From Pristiophorus japonicus (Eukaryota), in assembly GCF_044704955.1 (NCBI RefSeq), contig NC_091984.1, positions 109,120,001-109,184,000 on the forward strand: a DNA stretch of 64,000 nt, in the 5' to 3' direction. A program made the translations under genes and the position numbers. The number at the start of each line of letters is the position of its first letter. Within the stretch, counting starts at the first letter, position 1. The notes under the pieces were generated by a model. The model had not been told where the DNA came from. It saw only the letters and a program-made list of their open reading frames with translations, and did not search any database. Shown here piece after piece: positions 1-13,275 of the stretch.

Positions 1-571
1 GTGAGATGGGGTGGGGGGATAGTGGGTGGAAGATGGTGGAGAGACACGGCTTTGAGCTTAAATACATAATGACATCAATATATTAAAATGTGTCAGTGAG
101 CTTCTCAGACATATCTCTTGCCAGTGTGAATACTCCGGTACCTGTTAATGCCACAGCATTTTTATTTTTACCAGGGTAGAAATTCAATTTGAACAGGGTT
201 TATGTTACAGCTGACATCAGCTGAACATATATCTGATCCCAGCTTCATCTGATGTCCCACATAACTTCCCATTCACTCTTACATCGGCAGTTAAAGTGCC
301 TGTTACTGGACCAATATCAGTAGTTAAAACCACATTTTTAAATCTCATAGGTCCTTTTTGTCCATTTTCCACTCGATCCTTACAGATCATAATTACTTGA
401 GCAATGTTTTGTATGATATTTAATGCATTCATATTAAACTCCTCTCTGCTGTTTTAAAGGAGGTGTTAAACCTGTCTAAAGTAAATGAGTTAGTGCGTGT
501 GGTAAAATAACAGTCAGTGTTTGATATGAATATTCGTACAATAACATAATTCCAAGTCATTTACAGCTCAT

Positions 572-1883
572 GGGGTGGATTTGCAGCTCCTCTCTGCTCT
601 ATTTTCTGCTCCGGAGCGCGGCAATGGCAATGGTGAAGTGTTCTGGCCTGGCGGTCAGCCTCCAGTGCCCCGCAGCGATCCTCGGGTCGTGTTTTGCAGT
701 GGCGCAGAACAGCAGCGCCCGGAATAGCTGCACCGGTGTGCAATGCTCCTGGTTCCAACACCACGGGCTGTTTTGTTACCACAGGCACCAACTCATTTAT
801 TTTGGACAGGTTTAACACCTCCGTTAAAAAAGCAGAGAGGAGTTTGATATGAGTGCTTTAAATATCATGTGCGTTTTGACTCTTGCCCGAAGCATGCCCA
901 GCAGTGAACGCCTGGGAAATCAGGCCATCCAGCGATACCGACAGCGGACAGGTAAATAATGGACTCCTAAGCTCAGTGTGATTGACCCCGGTTTTCATGA
1001 GCTGCAAGGCCCGCCCAAGTGCCGCCCAAAGGACCGCCGAAAGACCAGGCCGTATTTTGCCTGAAAGATTCCTCTAAAAGAGTTGACAGTACCGCCCAGT
1101 GGCCAAATAACGGCTTATGCCATCAATCTGGGTGGCAGCGGGCGGGAGCTCTCAATCTCGGTGGCAAAGGTGCTTGCCGCTCAAGTGCCGTCGAGGATGG
1201 AGTCGGGCCCAGGGAGGGTGGAAGACCAAAAAAGTAAAAACATCACAAAAAAAAAAATCACTGGCACCTTCAGCAGACCCCATCCAGGTAAGTCGCTGTA
1301 AAAAAAATGTAAAAGATGTTCACTAACCTTCTTTTGCAGATCTTCATACCAACCGTTGGGGTTAGAACAGCTTCCACGCAGCAGTCCTTCCCCCTGCTGG
1401 TGCTGACTTCCGCCAACCCCCACACCAATCTGGCATCTCGGCGGGCGGGAGGCCACTTACGCGATTTGGCCGCCAGAGGACCTCAGTGGGCAGTTTCCGG
1501 CAGTGCTCCCCTCCCACCCACTCCAGCCCAAATGGAAACCGGGAGCGAGAGGAAAACGGCAGGAAAACTCGGCGGCAGTCGGCAGCAGCAGGTGGTAAGG
1601 CCACCAATATGGAGGCCATTGTTTTATCTTGCGATTTGTGTTGTGGTGCCGTGGGCAATGTTTTGGGAATGTTTTTTAGGATTTTTTTTTTAAACCCCCA
1701 GGTGTCTCTCAGAACGCTCCCAACCCGGCTCTTTAGCTCAGAAGTTTCCCCTGCTAGTGCCCAAGAGAGGCTCTGACTCAGGGCCCAACTGCCCAATGTT
1801 ACTTACTGAGGCGCAAACTGTTCCCAGGTGCAAACTTTACCGCCCTGCCACCATTACCGCTCCAAAAACCAAAAATCCAGCCC
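572..1883. mobile_element. Harbinger-type non-autonomous element (MITE-like)
   Basis: Termini GGGGTGGATTT (572) and AAAAATCCAGCCC (1883) form an imperfect TIR. The right 300 bp is clearly homologous to 52750-53064. GC/CpG-rich with no credible ORF. Confidence 0.65.
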
Positions 1884-2219
1884 TGTGAGTTTTAAATGTC
1901 TATATCCTTCCGACAACACTACAGTAGCATATATTTTATTCTCCCTCCCTCTTTCTTTGCTGCAAATATTTAGAATTGTGGTTTCAGATATTAAATCTAA
2001 AGAGGGATATTACTGTAAGGGGAAAGGGCAGCCTCTTCTTTACAGTCCTTACATAGGACCTTTTAAATCATCATCTAACTGGTAGAAGGAATCCTCATTC
2101 AAATATCTGGGAAGACCTGACATTTCAGGTTGGGAAGCTGCTGGATTAAAGCTCACTCAATGACACCATAGACTTGAATCAATCAGCGCCTCTGATGACA
2201 TAAATGCAATGGTCATAAA

Positions 2220-2360
2220 CAAAGACAGAACTTGCACTTATATAGTGTCTTTCACAGCCTCAAGATGTCCCACTGCACTTTACAGCTAATGAAATGAAGT
2301 CCTTTTGAAGTGAAGTCAGTGTTGTAATGTAGGAAATGTGGCAGTCAATTAGTGTACGTT
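2220..2360 (-). mobile_element. DeuSINE (SacSINE1-like) 3' fragment
   Basis: Matches the 3' part of the copies at 4106-4704 and 49180-49497 (acttgcatttatatagc...tttacagccaatgaag...tgttgtaatgtaggaaa). Confidence 0.6.
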
Positions 2361-3449
2361 TTGTGTCAGCCATTTTAGACTAAATGACCAACTGAAAGCC
2401 ACTGCAGCTGAGGAACGAAGAGAGCAAAGATCCCAGTTAGGTCAAGCTTGATATTGAGGCCATGGATGACATCAGTCCAGGAACATTCTGATCCAAATTG
2501 TTGGGCCTCCATGTGAATGTGGGCAGAGGACAGATAAGATAAGGAAGGTTTTCATAACTTTGCATAGAAGATCAAAAAAAGTGGAGCACTTTGTATTGAA
2601 GTACCTCACCACCATGGTAATGCTCTCCGTTAAACTGATACAAGCCTAATCTTCCTTAATTATTCATGGTTACATTGCTCATTGGAGCCCATCAGTCCAG
2701 CTCATGTCAATCATCTGTCAGCCACTAACAACTTCGAAAAGATCACAGCCTGTATAATAAGTTGTTTAGGCGCACTTGCAGGACACAACATTCTATGGGC
2801 TGAGGTACAAATATTAAAAACTGGTATTTTTTTTTCCATAAGCACTCTATAAAACTCTGGACCCGAGCAAAAGTTTTTTTTGGAAAACTAGTCATATTGT
2901 GATTCATTTGTTTCTTATACTGATTCAGCAAATGTTGATGCCAACTGCCATGTTCATTTCTACAGTTCAAACTTATCCACGGCTCATAAATGAAAGAGAC
3001 TGAACCATTAAAGAGGGAGACAAAACAAAATGAAAAATGCAGACAAAAGCAAAATGCATACCAGAAGAAATGAAAGGAATATTTCCTATGACCCATCAGA
3101 CTTTCTAAAGCCCCTTCACAGCTCTTCAGCAACAAAGATGTGCCACACTGGAACATGTCAAATGCATCCATCAGAGTTTTGAATCATAACAGGTGCGAGG
3201 GTTGCAACAAAATATTAACCTTTTTTCTTTGAAGAAAATTTGTGTGGAACATCTTCCTGAAAATTGACAATAAATGACTCCCACGCATTGATTAAACACC
3301 AAGGCCACAGTGAAGCTATTTATTGTCTCATACTCTCCAGACAAGTGAAAGCGACTGCTGTTATACAAGCCTGGAGCAGACACAAGTTCAAGGAATAATG
3401 AAGAGATGTTTGCTCTGCCGGATTACAAAAAAATGATAATTCTGTAAAA

Positions 3450-3960
3450 GTAAAGAAAGAATTTAAATTTATATAAGCGTCTTTCATGACCTCAGAACAT
3501 CTCAAACTGCTTCACAGCCAATGAAATACTTTTGAAGTGTAGTTACTGTTAACAGAAATGTGGCAGCTAATTTGCGCACACCAAGTTCCCACAATTAGCA
3601 CTGAGATAAATGACCAAATAATCTGTTTGACAACTTGCATTTACATTCAGCCTTTAATATCGTAACCATCCCAAGGTGCTTCACTGCGATGGAACAGACA
3701 CAGAGCTGTAGTATATGAATATCATTAGGGAATTGGTTGAATGCAGGATCAAATAGGTAGGTTTTGAGTTGGGCTTTGAAAGTGAGAGAGTGGTAGAAAA
3801 GTGGAGACATTTCAGGAGGGAGTTCCACAGTGTACGATCCAAACACATGATGACTCTGTTACCAATGGAGATTGTGATGTACAAAGAAGGCCAGAATCAA
3901 AGGAGGGAAAGATACACTGGCATCCAAGGCCGGAGCATGAAGCATTAATAGGATGTGGCA
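3450..3960 (-). mobile_element. DeuSINE 3' fragment followed by an old L2-like LINE 3' end
   Basis: 3450-3628 matches the SINE tail. 3629-3960 resembles an L2 3' end (acaacttgcattta...cccaaggtgcttcac); the minus-strand ORF contains FKAQLKTYLF. Confidence 0.5.
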
Positions 3961-4105
3961 CGGTGATGAGAGTGAGTAAAGCTTCAGTCATGTACCAGTT
4001 AGTGAGGGTTGTGGCCATTTTTCAGCCCTATTTAAGGGATATAAGATCACTGTAATGGGTAGTTTGTAAGCTGCTCAATTATTTGCCCTCTTGACCATTA
4101 GCAAA

Positions 4106-4704
4106 AAAGCAAGACTTACATTTATATAGCAACTTTCACGACCACCAGACATCTCAAAGCGCTTTACAGCCAATGAAGTACTTTTGAAGTGTAGTCACTA
4201 TTGTAATGTGGGAAACGAGGCAGACAATTTGCGCACAGCAAGCTCCCACAAACAGCAATGTGATAATTACAATGTATGCACCTGTGAGTATGCTCACAGA
4301 TTTGTAGAACTGTTGAGTTGTGAGTGGCTTAGTCAGTCACGTGATGTTCACAAGACTTAATAAAGCCCCAGCTAGTTGGGTTCGGGGGATCCACGACGAG
4401 GCAGGGTGGTTGTGAGCCTGGTGGGTGAACTGCTAATGTGTCGTGTGCCTGTTAAATCTTTTGCTAATAAATCAACTAGTTCTTAATAGCAATGTGTTGC
4501 TATGAATCCTTAAGCAAAGAACCCATGAAGCAAATACATTACAATAATAACCAGATAAACTGTTTTTGTTATGTTGATTAAGAGATAAATATTGGCCAGG
4601 ACACCAGGGATAACTCCCCTGCTCTTCTTCGAAATCGTGCCATGGGATCCGTTATGTCCACCTGAGAGCTGATAAGGCCTTGGTTTAATGTCTCATCCGA
4701 AAGT
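4106..4704 (-). mobile_element. DeuSINE (SacSINE1-like), split by a solo LTR
   Basis: The reverse complement contains the Deu-domain-like core (tttcggatgagacattaaacc...gatcccatggcac...ggtgtcctggccaa). Homologous to 49180-49497. Confidence 0.75.
4268..4543 (+). mobile_element. Solo LTR (276 bp) inserted in the SINE
   Basis: 5-bp TSD ATAAT (4263-4267 and 4544-4548). Ends TACAATGTAT...ATACATTACA are a degraded TGTAATGTAT inverted terminus. Internal AATAAA. Confidence 0.75.
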
Positions 4705-5621
4705 TTAAAATGAGAGTACATTAGTATTGCAATATTTGCCACATGTGCTGTAACACAAGCTTGTACATTTGCCATGTGCATTAGATGGCAATGATGCTGT
4801 TAGAAAAATACATTTGGCATGTCAACTGATACCCACTCTCCCTTCCCACTCTGTTACAAAATTTCTGGCACCAAAAATTCAATCAACCCATTCCATCGCT
4901 GGCAGAAGGGCAGTTGAGTGAGCTATCATTCTGCTGATGGATGAAGATAGTGACCCTGTTCAAGACTGTGGGGGCTGGATCAGTAGCATATTGAGGCAGG
5001 ATGCCAGCATCCACAAAGGGCAATTCAACGGTGCCTGCCCTGATCTACTTTCCTAAAGACCTTCGAGCCTTCTGTGCCATTCAATATCATAGCTGATCTT
5101 TTACCTCAACGCCATCTTCCCGCCTGATCCCCATATCCCTTGATTCCCTCAGTATTCAAAAATCTATCAATCTCTGTCTTGAATATACACAACGACTGAG
5201 CATCCACAGCCCTCTAGAGTAGAGAATTCCAAGGATTCACAATGCTTTGACTGAAGAAATTTCTCTTCATCTCAGTCTTAAATGGCCAACCCCTTATTCT
5301 GAGACTGTAACCCTTAGTTCTAGACTTCCCAGCCAGGGGAAACATCCTCCCTGCATCTACCCTGACAAGCCCTTTAAGAATTTTATATGTTTAAATGAGA
5401 TCACCTCCCATTCTTCTAAACTCAAGGAAATATAGGCCTAGTCTACTCAATCTCTCCTCATCCTCCCACCCCCCCATCCCAGGAAACAGTCTGGTGAACC
5501 TTTGTTGTACTCCCTCTTAGCCAATTACTGCATATCCTTCCTTAGACAAGGAGACCAAAACTGTACACAGTACTCCAGGTGTGGTCTCACCATGGCCCTT
5601 TGTAATAAAGTCTAACATATT

Positions 5622-6507
5622 GGACTCAATTTTCCCCAATGCCATTTTTTGGCGTATTGCCAGAGTTACACCCATTTTTTTTTGGCCCTGACTACTCCAA
5701 AAAAACCGCCCAACCTGTCCTTTAGCTTCGGGGGGGGGGGGGTGTTGGGGGGGGGGGGGTGTTGGAGCCTAATGTCTGCGCCCGAAAAACAGATGCCCCA
5801 CTTTCTGCACATGCCGCGAATAAAAAGGACGTTTTTTACTTGACTGCTATGGGTATGCATTTCCAGTACAGCGCCAGGTCTGCAATCGGCCATTTTTAAA
5901 GAGCCAGTTGTGTGTGAGAACTTTAATTTTCAGTAGAAAAATCAGAGCTGCAATACGATATGCAACGCAGCTCAAGGACCAAGAATTTCTCATAGGATGA
6001 AGTGGAGGCACTAGTTACTGTAATTGAGGCCAGATGGCATGAGCTGGACACCAGCAGAGGTCACATAAAAGTTCGGTGGTGGCGTGGCACTTTGAAAAAA
6101 AGCCAAAATTAAAGAATTGCATTAGACTTCCATTTTCTCCGTTTTGAGTTTATAAAAAATTAAGTTTCTTGATGCATATTCTTTGTCTTCTTGATTCCCT
6201 CCAAAACTTCACCTAAAAACAATGGCGTCTTTCTGCGCCGATTTTTTAATGTGCGCTGGTTTTTCTTAAGTGCCCAGAAGGTTTTTATGGGAGTGGTCAC
6301 ATACGCCATGCTAGGAAAAATGTAAGTTGGCCAAACCTTCTTAAATCTGAAAAACTGGTGCAGACACAAAAAAGACTAACCTAAAAAAAATCGTAACGGA
6401 GTTACGCTGGCGCAGAGACTTTGGGGAAACTTGGATATTTTCATTTACACCAAAAAAAGCGCCGCGTTCCAAAAAAACGACGCAGATAACTGGGGAAAAC
6501 TGAGCCT
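5622..6507 (+). mobile_element. Harbinger deletion derivative with a Myb/SANT-like remnant
   Basis: TIRs GGACTCAATTTTCCCCA / TGGGGAAAACTGAGCCT. 5960-6075 translates MQRSSRTKNFS*DEVEALVTVIEARWHELD, a Myb/SANT-like N-terminus with a stop. Confidence 0.75.
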
Positions 6508-6721
6508 ATGATTTGCTTTCTTAATTGCTTACCTGCATGTTAACTTTATGTGATTCGTGTACAAGGACATCCAGGTCCCTCTGAGTACCTACATTTCCGA
6601 GACTCTTATCATTTAAAAAAAAATCTGCTTTTCTATTTTACCTAATAAAGTGGATAACCTCACACTTCTCCACATTATATTCCATCTGCCATGTTGTTGC
6701 CCACTCACTTTACCTGTCGAT

Positions 6722-9548
6722 GGGCTAGAACCCCCACTTTTTTTCCATGCTTAACGCCTACTTAACGCCCATTTCACCGCTGAAATGACGTACAACGCCC
6801 ATATGTCGCCCATTTTGGCACAAAATGGAAACTGGTGGACATTTTTCGGAAACTTATTGCCGAGCGTTGCTTTCCCCATGTGCTTAACACCGATAAAAAA
6901 TATTACTGCCCGCCCACTTTTTTGGGGTGGAATCAGCAGAATGGGTGATTTCAACGCCCATTATATCACCCAGCATTACTTTCCACATGGATTTAACACC
7001 AAGATTCAATATTAACGCCCGCACACTTTTTTTTGTTGGAAAGAGCATATTTACCGAAACTAGTGGCCACGAGATTGCCCATCATCAATTTCACCACCTC
7101 GCACACATATCGGCCACAATATCGCTCGCCCAAAAAACGCCCAGAAAAAGTGGAACTAACCCGAACGAATCACAGCGTTATGGACGCCATGTTTTACATC
7201 ACATGCCGCGTCCTTTAAAAGGCTGCTGTGTTTCAACCTCGGCGGAATTCGGATGTACTCTGCAGGTCATTGGTTGATGTGAACATCTGTGACCATACTG
7301 TGACCGATTGGAATTGTATAGGTGTCTTCATCGGGACATTCCTTGTTTGTGACAGATCGGTGGAAAACAGAGAGCTACTGCAATGGGGCCTGTCCTTTCT
7401 CACCCTCTCTTGGTGACCAAATACATGCAGCAAACTCAACATCACCGAAGGAATGCTCCACTGCATTATGTGCCCAATGTAAGACATGAAAGACAGATGA
7501 GGAGGACCAGACGTTACACCCCCTGCAAATGCAAGGAGAAGCATTCTTATCTCGACTTGCCTAACACCACTTGCCTTCGGAGGCTAAGCTTCCACAAAGA
7601 GGTTATCACTGAGGTATGCCAGCTGATTAGGGCAGATCTGCAGCCTGCCAGCACCATCAGTACTGCACTGTCCGTCGAGGTCAAAGTCACCACGGCACTG
7701 TGGTTCTATGCCTCAGGTTCTTTTCAGCCACAGCTGAAGACATTTACGGACTTTCTCAGCATGCCACACATTTTTGCATTAGACAGGTCACGGAAGCCCC
7801 ATACACACGCAGGAGGGACTTGATCAGCTTCCCTATGACCAGGGAGGCACAGAGTGAGAGGGCTCTAAGATTCTCCAGAATTGCAAACTTCCCCAAGGTG
7901 CAGGGAGCAATAGACAGTATGCACATCGTGATGCGGGCATCTTTTCAGTATGCTGAGGTTTTCAGGAACCGCAAGGGATTCCACTCCCTGAATGTCCAAC
8001 TAGTTGTCGACCACCAGCAAATTATACTGGCAGTGAATGCTCAATTTCCGGGCAGCATCCATGATGCTCACATCCTGCGTGAGAGCACTATATCTGACTT
8101 GTTTAACAATCAGCCACAAGGTCAATGCTGGATGCTTGGTGACAAAGGATATGGCCTCGCCACCTGGCTGATGACCCCCCCCCCCTGTGCGACGCCCACA
8201 CCGAAGCCGAGAGGTGATACAACGAGAGCCACAGAGCAACTCGCAATATCGTGGAGAAAAACATTGGAGTGCTGAAGCAGCATTTTAGATGCCTGCACCA
8301 CTCAGGAGGCGATCTCCAATACCACCCTGAGCAGGTAGCTCAATTCGTGGTGGTGTGCTCCATGATGCATAACTTGGCTATCAGGAGGGGACAAGAATTG
8401 CCTGATGAGTCTGACAGTCCACCTCACCAGAGAGAGGAAGAGGAGGACGAGGAGGCGGACTCTGACATTGGCCCAGACAATCAGGCTGATGCTGAAGCCA
8501 TGCCCCCGCCTCCCTGCAGACTGCATGAAAGGGCCCATTGTGGCATGATAGCTGCAAGAGTCAAACATCAGGAGCTCATCAATGATCGCTTTGCGTGAAA
8601 GAACGTTGGTGTTATTTACAAGGCTGACACTCTGCAGGTGGGCATCACCCTGGTGACAGTTAAAGTTTAAGTTAATTGAAGTCAAGTGACGATGTAAAGG
8701 AATCACCAGCGTGTAATGGTGCAGCTATCTGAGCCAATGCGATACAAGGTTTTGTTAAATAAAAAACATTTAAACCGAACAGTAGTCTGAAATCATCAGT
8801 ATTTCTGTACAAACCAACCCTTTCCCACCCCACCCCCACACCCCGCTTCTCCTCCCTACCTCTACCCCTTCCCCCTCCTCTCCTGACTCCAAGCCACCTG
8901 GCCGAGGAGGTCCTCAGGCGATGCTTCATTGGCGGGGGGGACGGGGGGGCAGGGTGACGGCTGAGGCAATCTTGGACCGATACGGCAGAGGACGGTTCTG
9001 AGGCTCTCGTGTGTGGTTGGCAATGGGGGTGCATCACCTTGGGGTGCAGTGCAGCCCTCTTTCACCAGTGTTCCTGGCTACCAGCTCCAGGGCGTCTCCA
9101 TCCCTTCCATGTTATATCTTATTTGTTGGACCAAAACTCTGTGCCAATTATGTTCTTGGTGCTTAGTAGGCTTTTTGCTACTGGTGAATTTCCGTCGTGC
9201 CTCCCACAACAGCCAGACAAGCACACACCACAGCCACACACGCTTTCAGTGTCTCTGAGCTCCCCCTCTCTCTGTCTCCTCTTCTGCGCATGTCATGATG
9301 ACCCTTGACCTCCTGAATTGCAGGAATCGAGCGTTGCCATGCCGTTGCTAAGGATGGCCACACTTTACGGCAAAAGGTCAACAAAATTTAACGCTACCCA
9401 TTTGATATCGCTTGCGGTAATGCCCATTTCAAAAATGTAAACTGGGTGTATGGAGAATGGGAGAGAAGCTGGCGATCTGAAAACCCTTTTTTAATGCCCA
9501 CGCCGGAAATAACGCCCATTTTAAGCACAAAAGTGGAGGTTCTAGCCC
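6722..9548 (+). mobile_element. PIF/Harbinger DNA transposon (decayed; Myb gene apparently largely deleted)
   Basis: TIRs GGGCTAGAACCCCCACTTT / AAAGTGGAGGTTCTAGCCC. 3-bp TSD GAT/TAT (one mismatch) inside a CR1. Transposase remnant inside. Confidence 0.9.
7383..8598 (+). pseudogene. HARBI1-like DDE transposase, frameshifted
   Basis: Three overlapping ORFs give LSVEVKVTTALWFYASGSFQ, GAIDSMHI, NRKGFHSLNVQ, FPGSIHDAHIL, LGDKGY and IGVLKQHFRCL, followed by an acidic tail. Confidence 0.9.
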
Positions 9549-10389
9549 TATATCCTTTTGCAGCCTGTTTGCGTCCGCCTCACAGCTTACTTTCCCACCT
9601 AACATTTATCAGCAGCAAACTTGGATACATTACACAGCCCTTCATCTAAGTCATTGATAAAGATTGTAAATAGCTGAGGCCCAAGCACTGATCCTTGCGG
9701 TACCCAACTAGTTACAGCCTGCCAACCTGAAAATTACCCATGATTTTCTACTTTCTGTTTTCTGCCCGTTAACCAACACTCAATCAATGCTAAAATATTA
9801 TCCCCAATCCCATGAGTCCTAATTTTTTGTAATAACCTCTTGTGTGACTCCTTATCAAATGCATTTTGAAAATCCAAATACACTACATCCACTGTTTGTA
9901 CCTTATTTACCCTGCTAGTTACAACCTCAAAAAACTCTAACAGATTTGTTAAACATGATTTCCCTTTTATAATTCCATGTTGACTTTGCTCAGTCATAGT
10001 ATGATTTTCCAAGTGCCCATGTCCCTAATAATAGATTCTAGCACTTTCCCCATACAGATGTTAAGGTAACTGGTCTACAGTTCCCTGTTTTCTCTCTTCC
10101 TCCTTTCTTGAATAGCAGGGTTACGTTTGCTACCTTCCAATTCACGGGGACCGGTCTAGAACTTAGTGAGTTCTGGAAGATCAAAACCAATGCATCCACT
10201 TTCTCTGCAGCCACCTCTTTTAAAACACTAGGATGTAGGCCATCAGGTCTAAGGGATTTTTTGACTTTTCGCCCCATTAGTTTCTCCAGTAGTATTTCTG
10301 TAGTAATACTAATTTCATTAAGTTCCTCATTCTTATTAGACCCTTGGTTCCCCACTATTTCTGAAATGTTATTTGGTCTTCTACCATCT

Positions 10390-10475
10390 CCCCCAATTCC
10401 CAATGCTGTCCAGCTCCTGTCCTCCCCCAATTCCCAATGTTGTGAAGCTCCTGTCCTGTCCCGAGTCCCAGTGAT
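10390..10475. repeat. ~35-bp minisatellite, left part
   Basis: Units of CCCCAATTCCCAATGTTGTCCAGCTCCTGTCCT; the array continues at 12992 beyond the CR1. Confidence 0.75.
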
Positions 10476-12995
10476 GTCATAGAATCATTAAATCATAGAA
10501 GTTTACAGCATGGAAGGAGGCCATTTCAGCCCATCGTGTCCGCGCCAGCCAACAAGAGGTTATCCAGCCTAATTGCACTTTCCAGCTCTAGCTCCGTAAC
10601 CCTGCAGGTTACGGCACTTTAGGTACACATCCAAGTACTTTTTAAATGTGGTGAGGGTTTCTGCCTCGATCCCCCTTTCAGGCAATGAGTTCCAGACCCC
10701 CACAACCCTCTGGGTGAAAAATTGTCCCCTCAAAGCCCCTCTAAACCTTCTACCAATTACTTTAAATTCATGCCCCCTGGTTGTTGACCCCTCTGCTAAG
10801 GCCCGTTCTATGCACTATATCCAGGACCCTCATAATTTTATACACCTCAATGAGGTCTCCCCTCAGCCTCCTCTGTTCCAAGGAAAACAAATCCAGCATA
10901 TCTAATCTGTCCTCATAGCTTAGATTCTCCACACCCAGCAACATCCTTGTAAATCTCCACTGTACCCTCTCTAGTGCAATCACGTCCTTCCTGTAATGCG
11001 GTGACCAGAACTGCACGCAGTACTCCAGCTGTGGCCTAACCAGTGTTTTATACAGTTCAAGCATAACCCCCCTGCTCTTGTATTTTATGCCTCGGCTAAT
11101 AAAGGCAAGTATTCCGTATGCCTTCTTAACGGCCTTATCTACCTGCCTGCTACTTTCAGGGATCTATGGACGTGCACTCCAAGGTCCCTTTGTTCCTTTA
11201 CATTTCTCAGTATCCTACCATTTAATGTGTATCCCCTTGCCTTGTTAGCCCTCCCAAAATGCATTACCTCACACTTCTCTTGATTAAATTCCATTTGCCA
11301 CTGTTCTGCCCACCTGACCAATTGATTAATATCTTCCTGCAGTCTGCAGCTTTCTTCTCATTATCAACCACACAGTCGATTTTAGTATCATCTGCAAACT
11401 TTTTAATCATACCCCCTATATTCATGTCTAGATCATTGATGTACATCACAAAAAGCAAGGGACCTAGTACTGAGCCCTGCGGAACCCCACTGGAAACATC
11501 CTTCCAGTTGCAAAAAACCCCCATCAACCATTACCCTTTGCTTCCTGCCTCCGAGCCAATTTTGCATCCAACTTGCCACTTTGCCCTGGATCCCATGGAC
11601 TTTTACTTTTGTGACCAGCCTGTCATGTGGGAACTTAACAAAAGCTTTGCTAAAATCCATATACACTACATCATACGCTTTGCCTTCATCGATCCTCATG
11701 GTTACCTCCTCGAAAAATTCAATCAAGTTAGTCAGACACGACCTTCCCTTAACAAATCTGTGCTGACTGTCCTTGATTAATCCTTATATTCTTATGTTCT
11801 TATTAATCGTGTCTTTCTAAGTGAAGATTTATCTTGTCCTTCAGGATTTTTGCAATAATTTTCCCACCACTGAGGTTAGGTTGACTGGCCTGTAATTACT
11901 CAGTCTATCCCTTTCTCCCTTCTTAAACAAAGGTACCACATTAACATTCCTCCAGTCCTCTGGCACCACACCTGAAACCAGAGAGTATTGGAAAATGATC
12001 ATCAAAGCCTCTGCTATTTCCTCTTTTGCTTCACTTAGCAGCCAGGGATACATTTCATCCTGGCCTGGGGATTTATCCACTTTCAAAGCTGCTAAACCCT
12101 TTAATACCTCCTCTCTCACTAGGTTTATTTCATCTAATATTTCACACTTCTTCTGTTCAATAGTAGTGTCTGCATCGCCCCTCTCTTTTGTGAAAACAGA
12201 TGCAAGTATTTATTAAGAACCATACCCACATCTTCCACATCCACGCACAGATTACCCTCATGATCTCTAATAGGCCCTACCCTTTCTTTAGTTATCCTCT
12301 TGCTCTTAATATATTATAAAACATCTTTGTGTTTTCCTTGATTTTACTTGCCAAGAATTGTTCATGCTCTCTCTTTGCTGTCCTAATATCCTTTTTAATT
12401 TCACTGCTGGACTTTTTAGTCCTCGGTATCTGTCATAAACCTCCCTTTTTTTCTTTATTCTACCATGTATGTCCCTCGACATCCAGGGGGCTCTAGATTT
12501 GTTAGTCCCTCCCTTTTTATTTAAGGGCACATATTTGGCCTGAACCCTACGGATCTCCTCCTTGAATGCCTCCCACTGCTCTGACACTGATTTACCTTCA
12601 AATAGCTGTTTCCAGTCCACTGTGGCCAAATCACTTCTCAGCTTAGCAAAGTTGGCTTTTCCCCAATTTAGAACTTTTATTCCTGGTCTATTCTTGTCCT
12701 TTTCCAGAACTATCTTAAATCTGACTGAATTATGGTCACTAGTACCTAAATGCCCTCCACCTGCCCAGCTTCATTCCCTAAAACTAAATCCAGAACCGCC
12801 CCCTCCCGTGTTGTGCTTGCTACATACTGGCTAAAAAAGTTCTCTTGAATGCATTTTAGGAATTCTGCACCCTCTATACCGTTCACACTAATTTTGTACC
12901 AGTTAATATTAGGATAGTTGAAATCCCCTACTATTACTGCCCTATAGTTTATGCACTTCCCAGAAATTTGCCTACATATTTGCTCTTCTATCTCC
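10476..12995 (-). mobile_element. CR1 LINE, (TTCTATGA)n-tail subfamily, ~2.5 kb, 5'-truncated
   Basis: Endonuclease remnant (IVGDFNYPNINW), RT motifs ([18 protein letters not shown]), C-terminal YCVQFWSP and an octamer tail at ~10476-10500. Many frameshifts. Confidence 0.92.
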
Positions 12996-13275
12996 CAATT
13001 CTCAATGTTCTGCAGTTCCTGCCCTCTCCCAATTCCCAAAGTTGTCCAGCTCCTCCCCCAATTCCCAATGTTGTCCAGCTCCTGTCCTCTCCCAAGTCCC
13101 AATGTTTTGCAATACCTGGGGGAACATCCAAGGCAGCCCCAACATTTGTAACAGACAAGAACCCAACAACATTGGACTGTGGCAGGAGCAGGACAACATT
13201 TTGAGATCAGGATGAGAGAGGAGCAGCACAATATCGGAATTAAGATGGGAGAGGAGCAGCACATCGGAACTTGGG
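12992..13275. repeat. Minisatellite, right part, followed by inverted related units
   Basis: About 3.5 units at 12992-13110. GGCAGGAGCAGGACAACATT and GAGAGGAGCAGCACA units at 13165-13275 resemble the reverse complement. Confidence 0.65.

Larger units (their letters stand above)
5060..10385 (-). mobile_element. Old CR1 LINE fragment in three pieces (5060-5621, 6508-6721, 9549-10385)
   Basis: ORF2 remnants (KSCLTNLLEFFE, VDVVYLDFQNAFDK, WKVANVTLLFKKG). The sequence resumes collinearly across two Harbinger insertions. Confidence 0.85.

Noticed and set aside
10390-13110. CRISPR-like array
   Set aside because: The units are degenerate and directly tandem without unique spacers; eukaryotic context and no cas genes.
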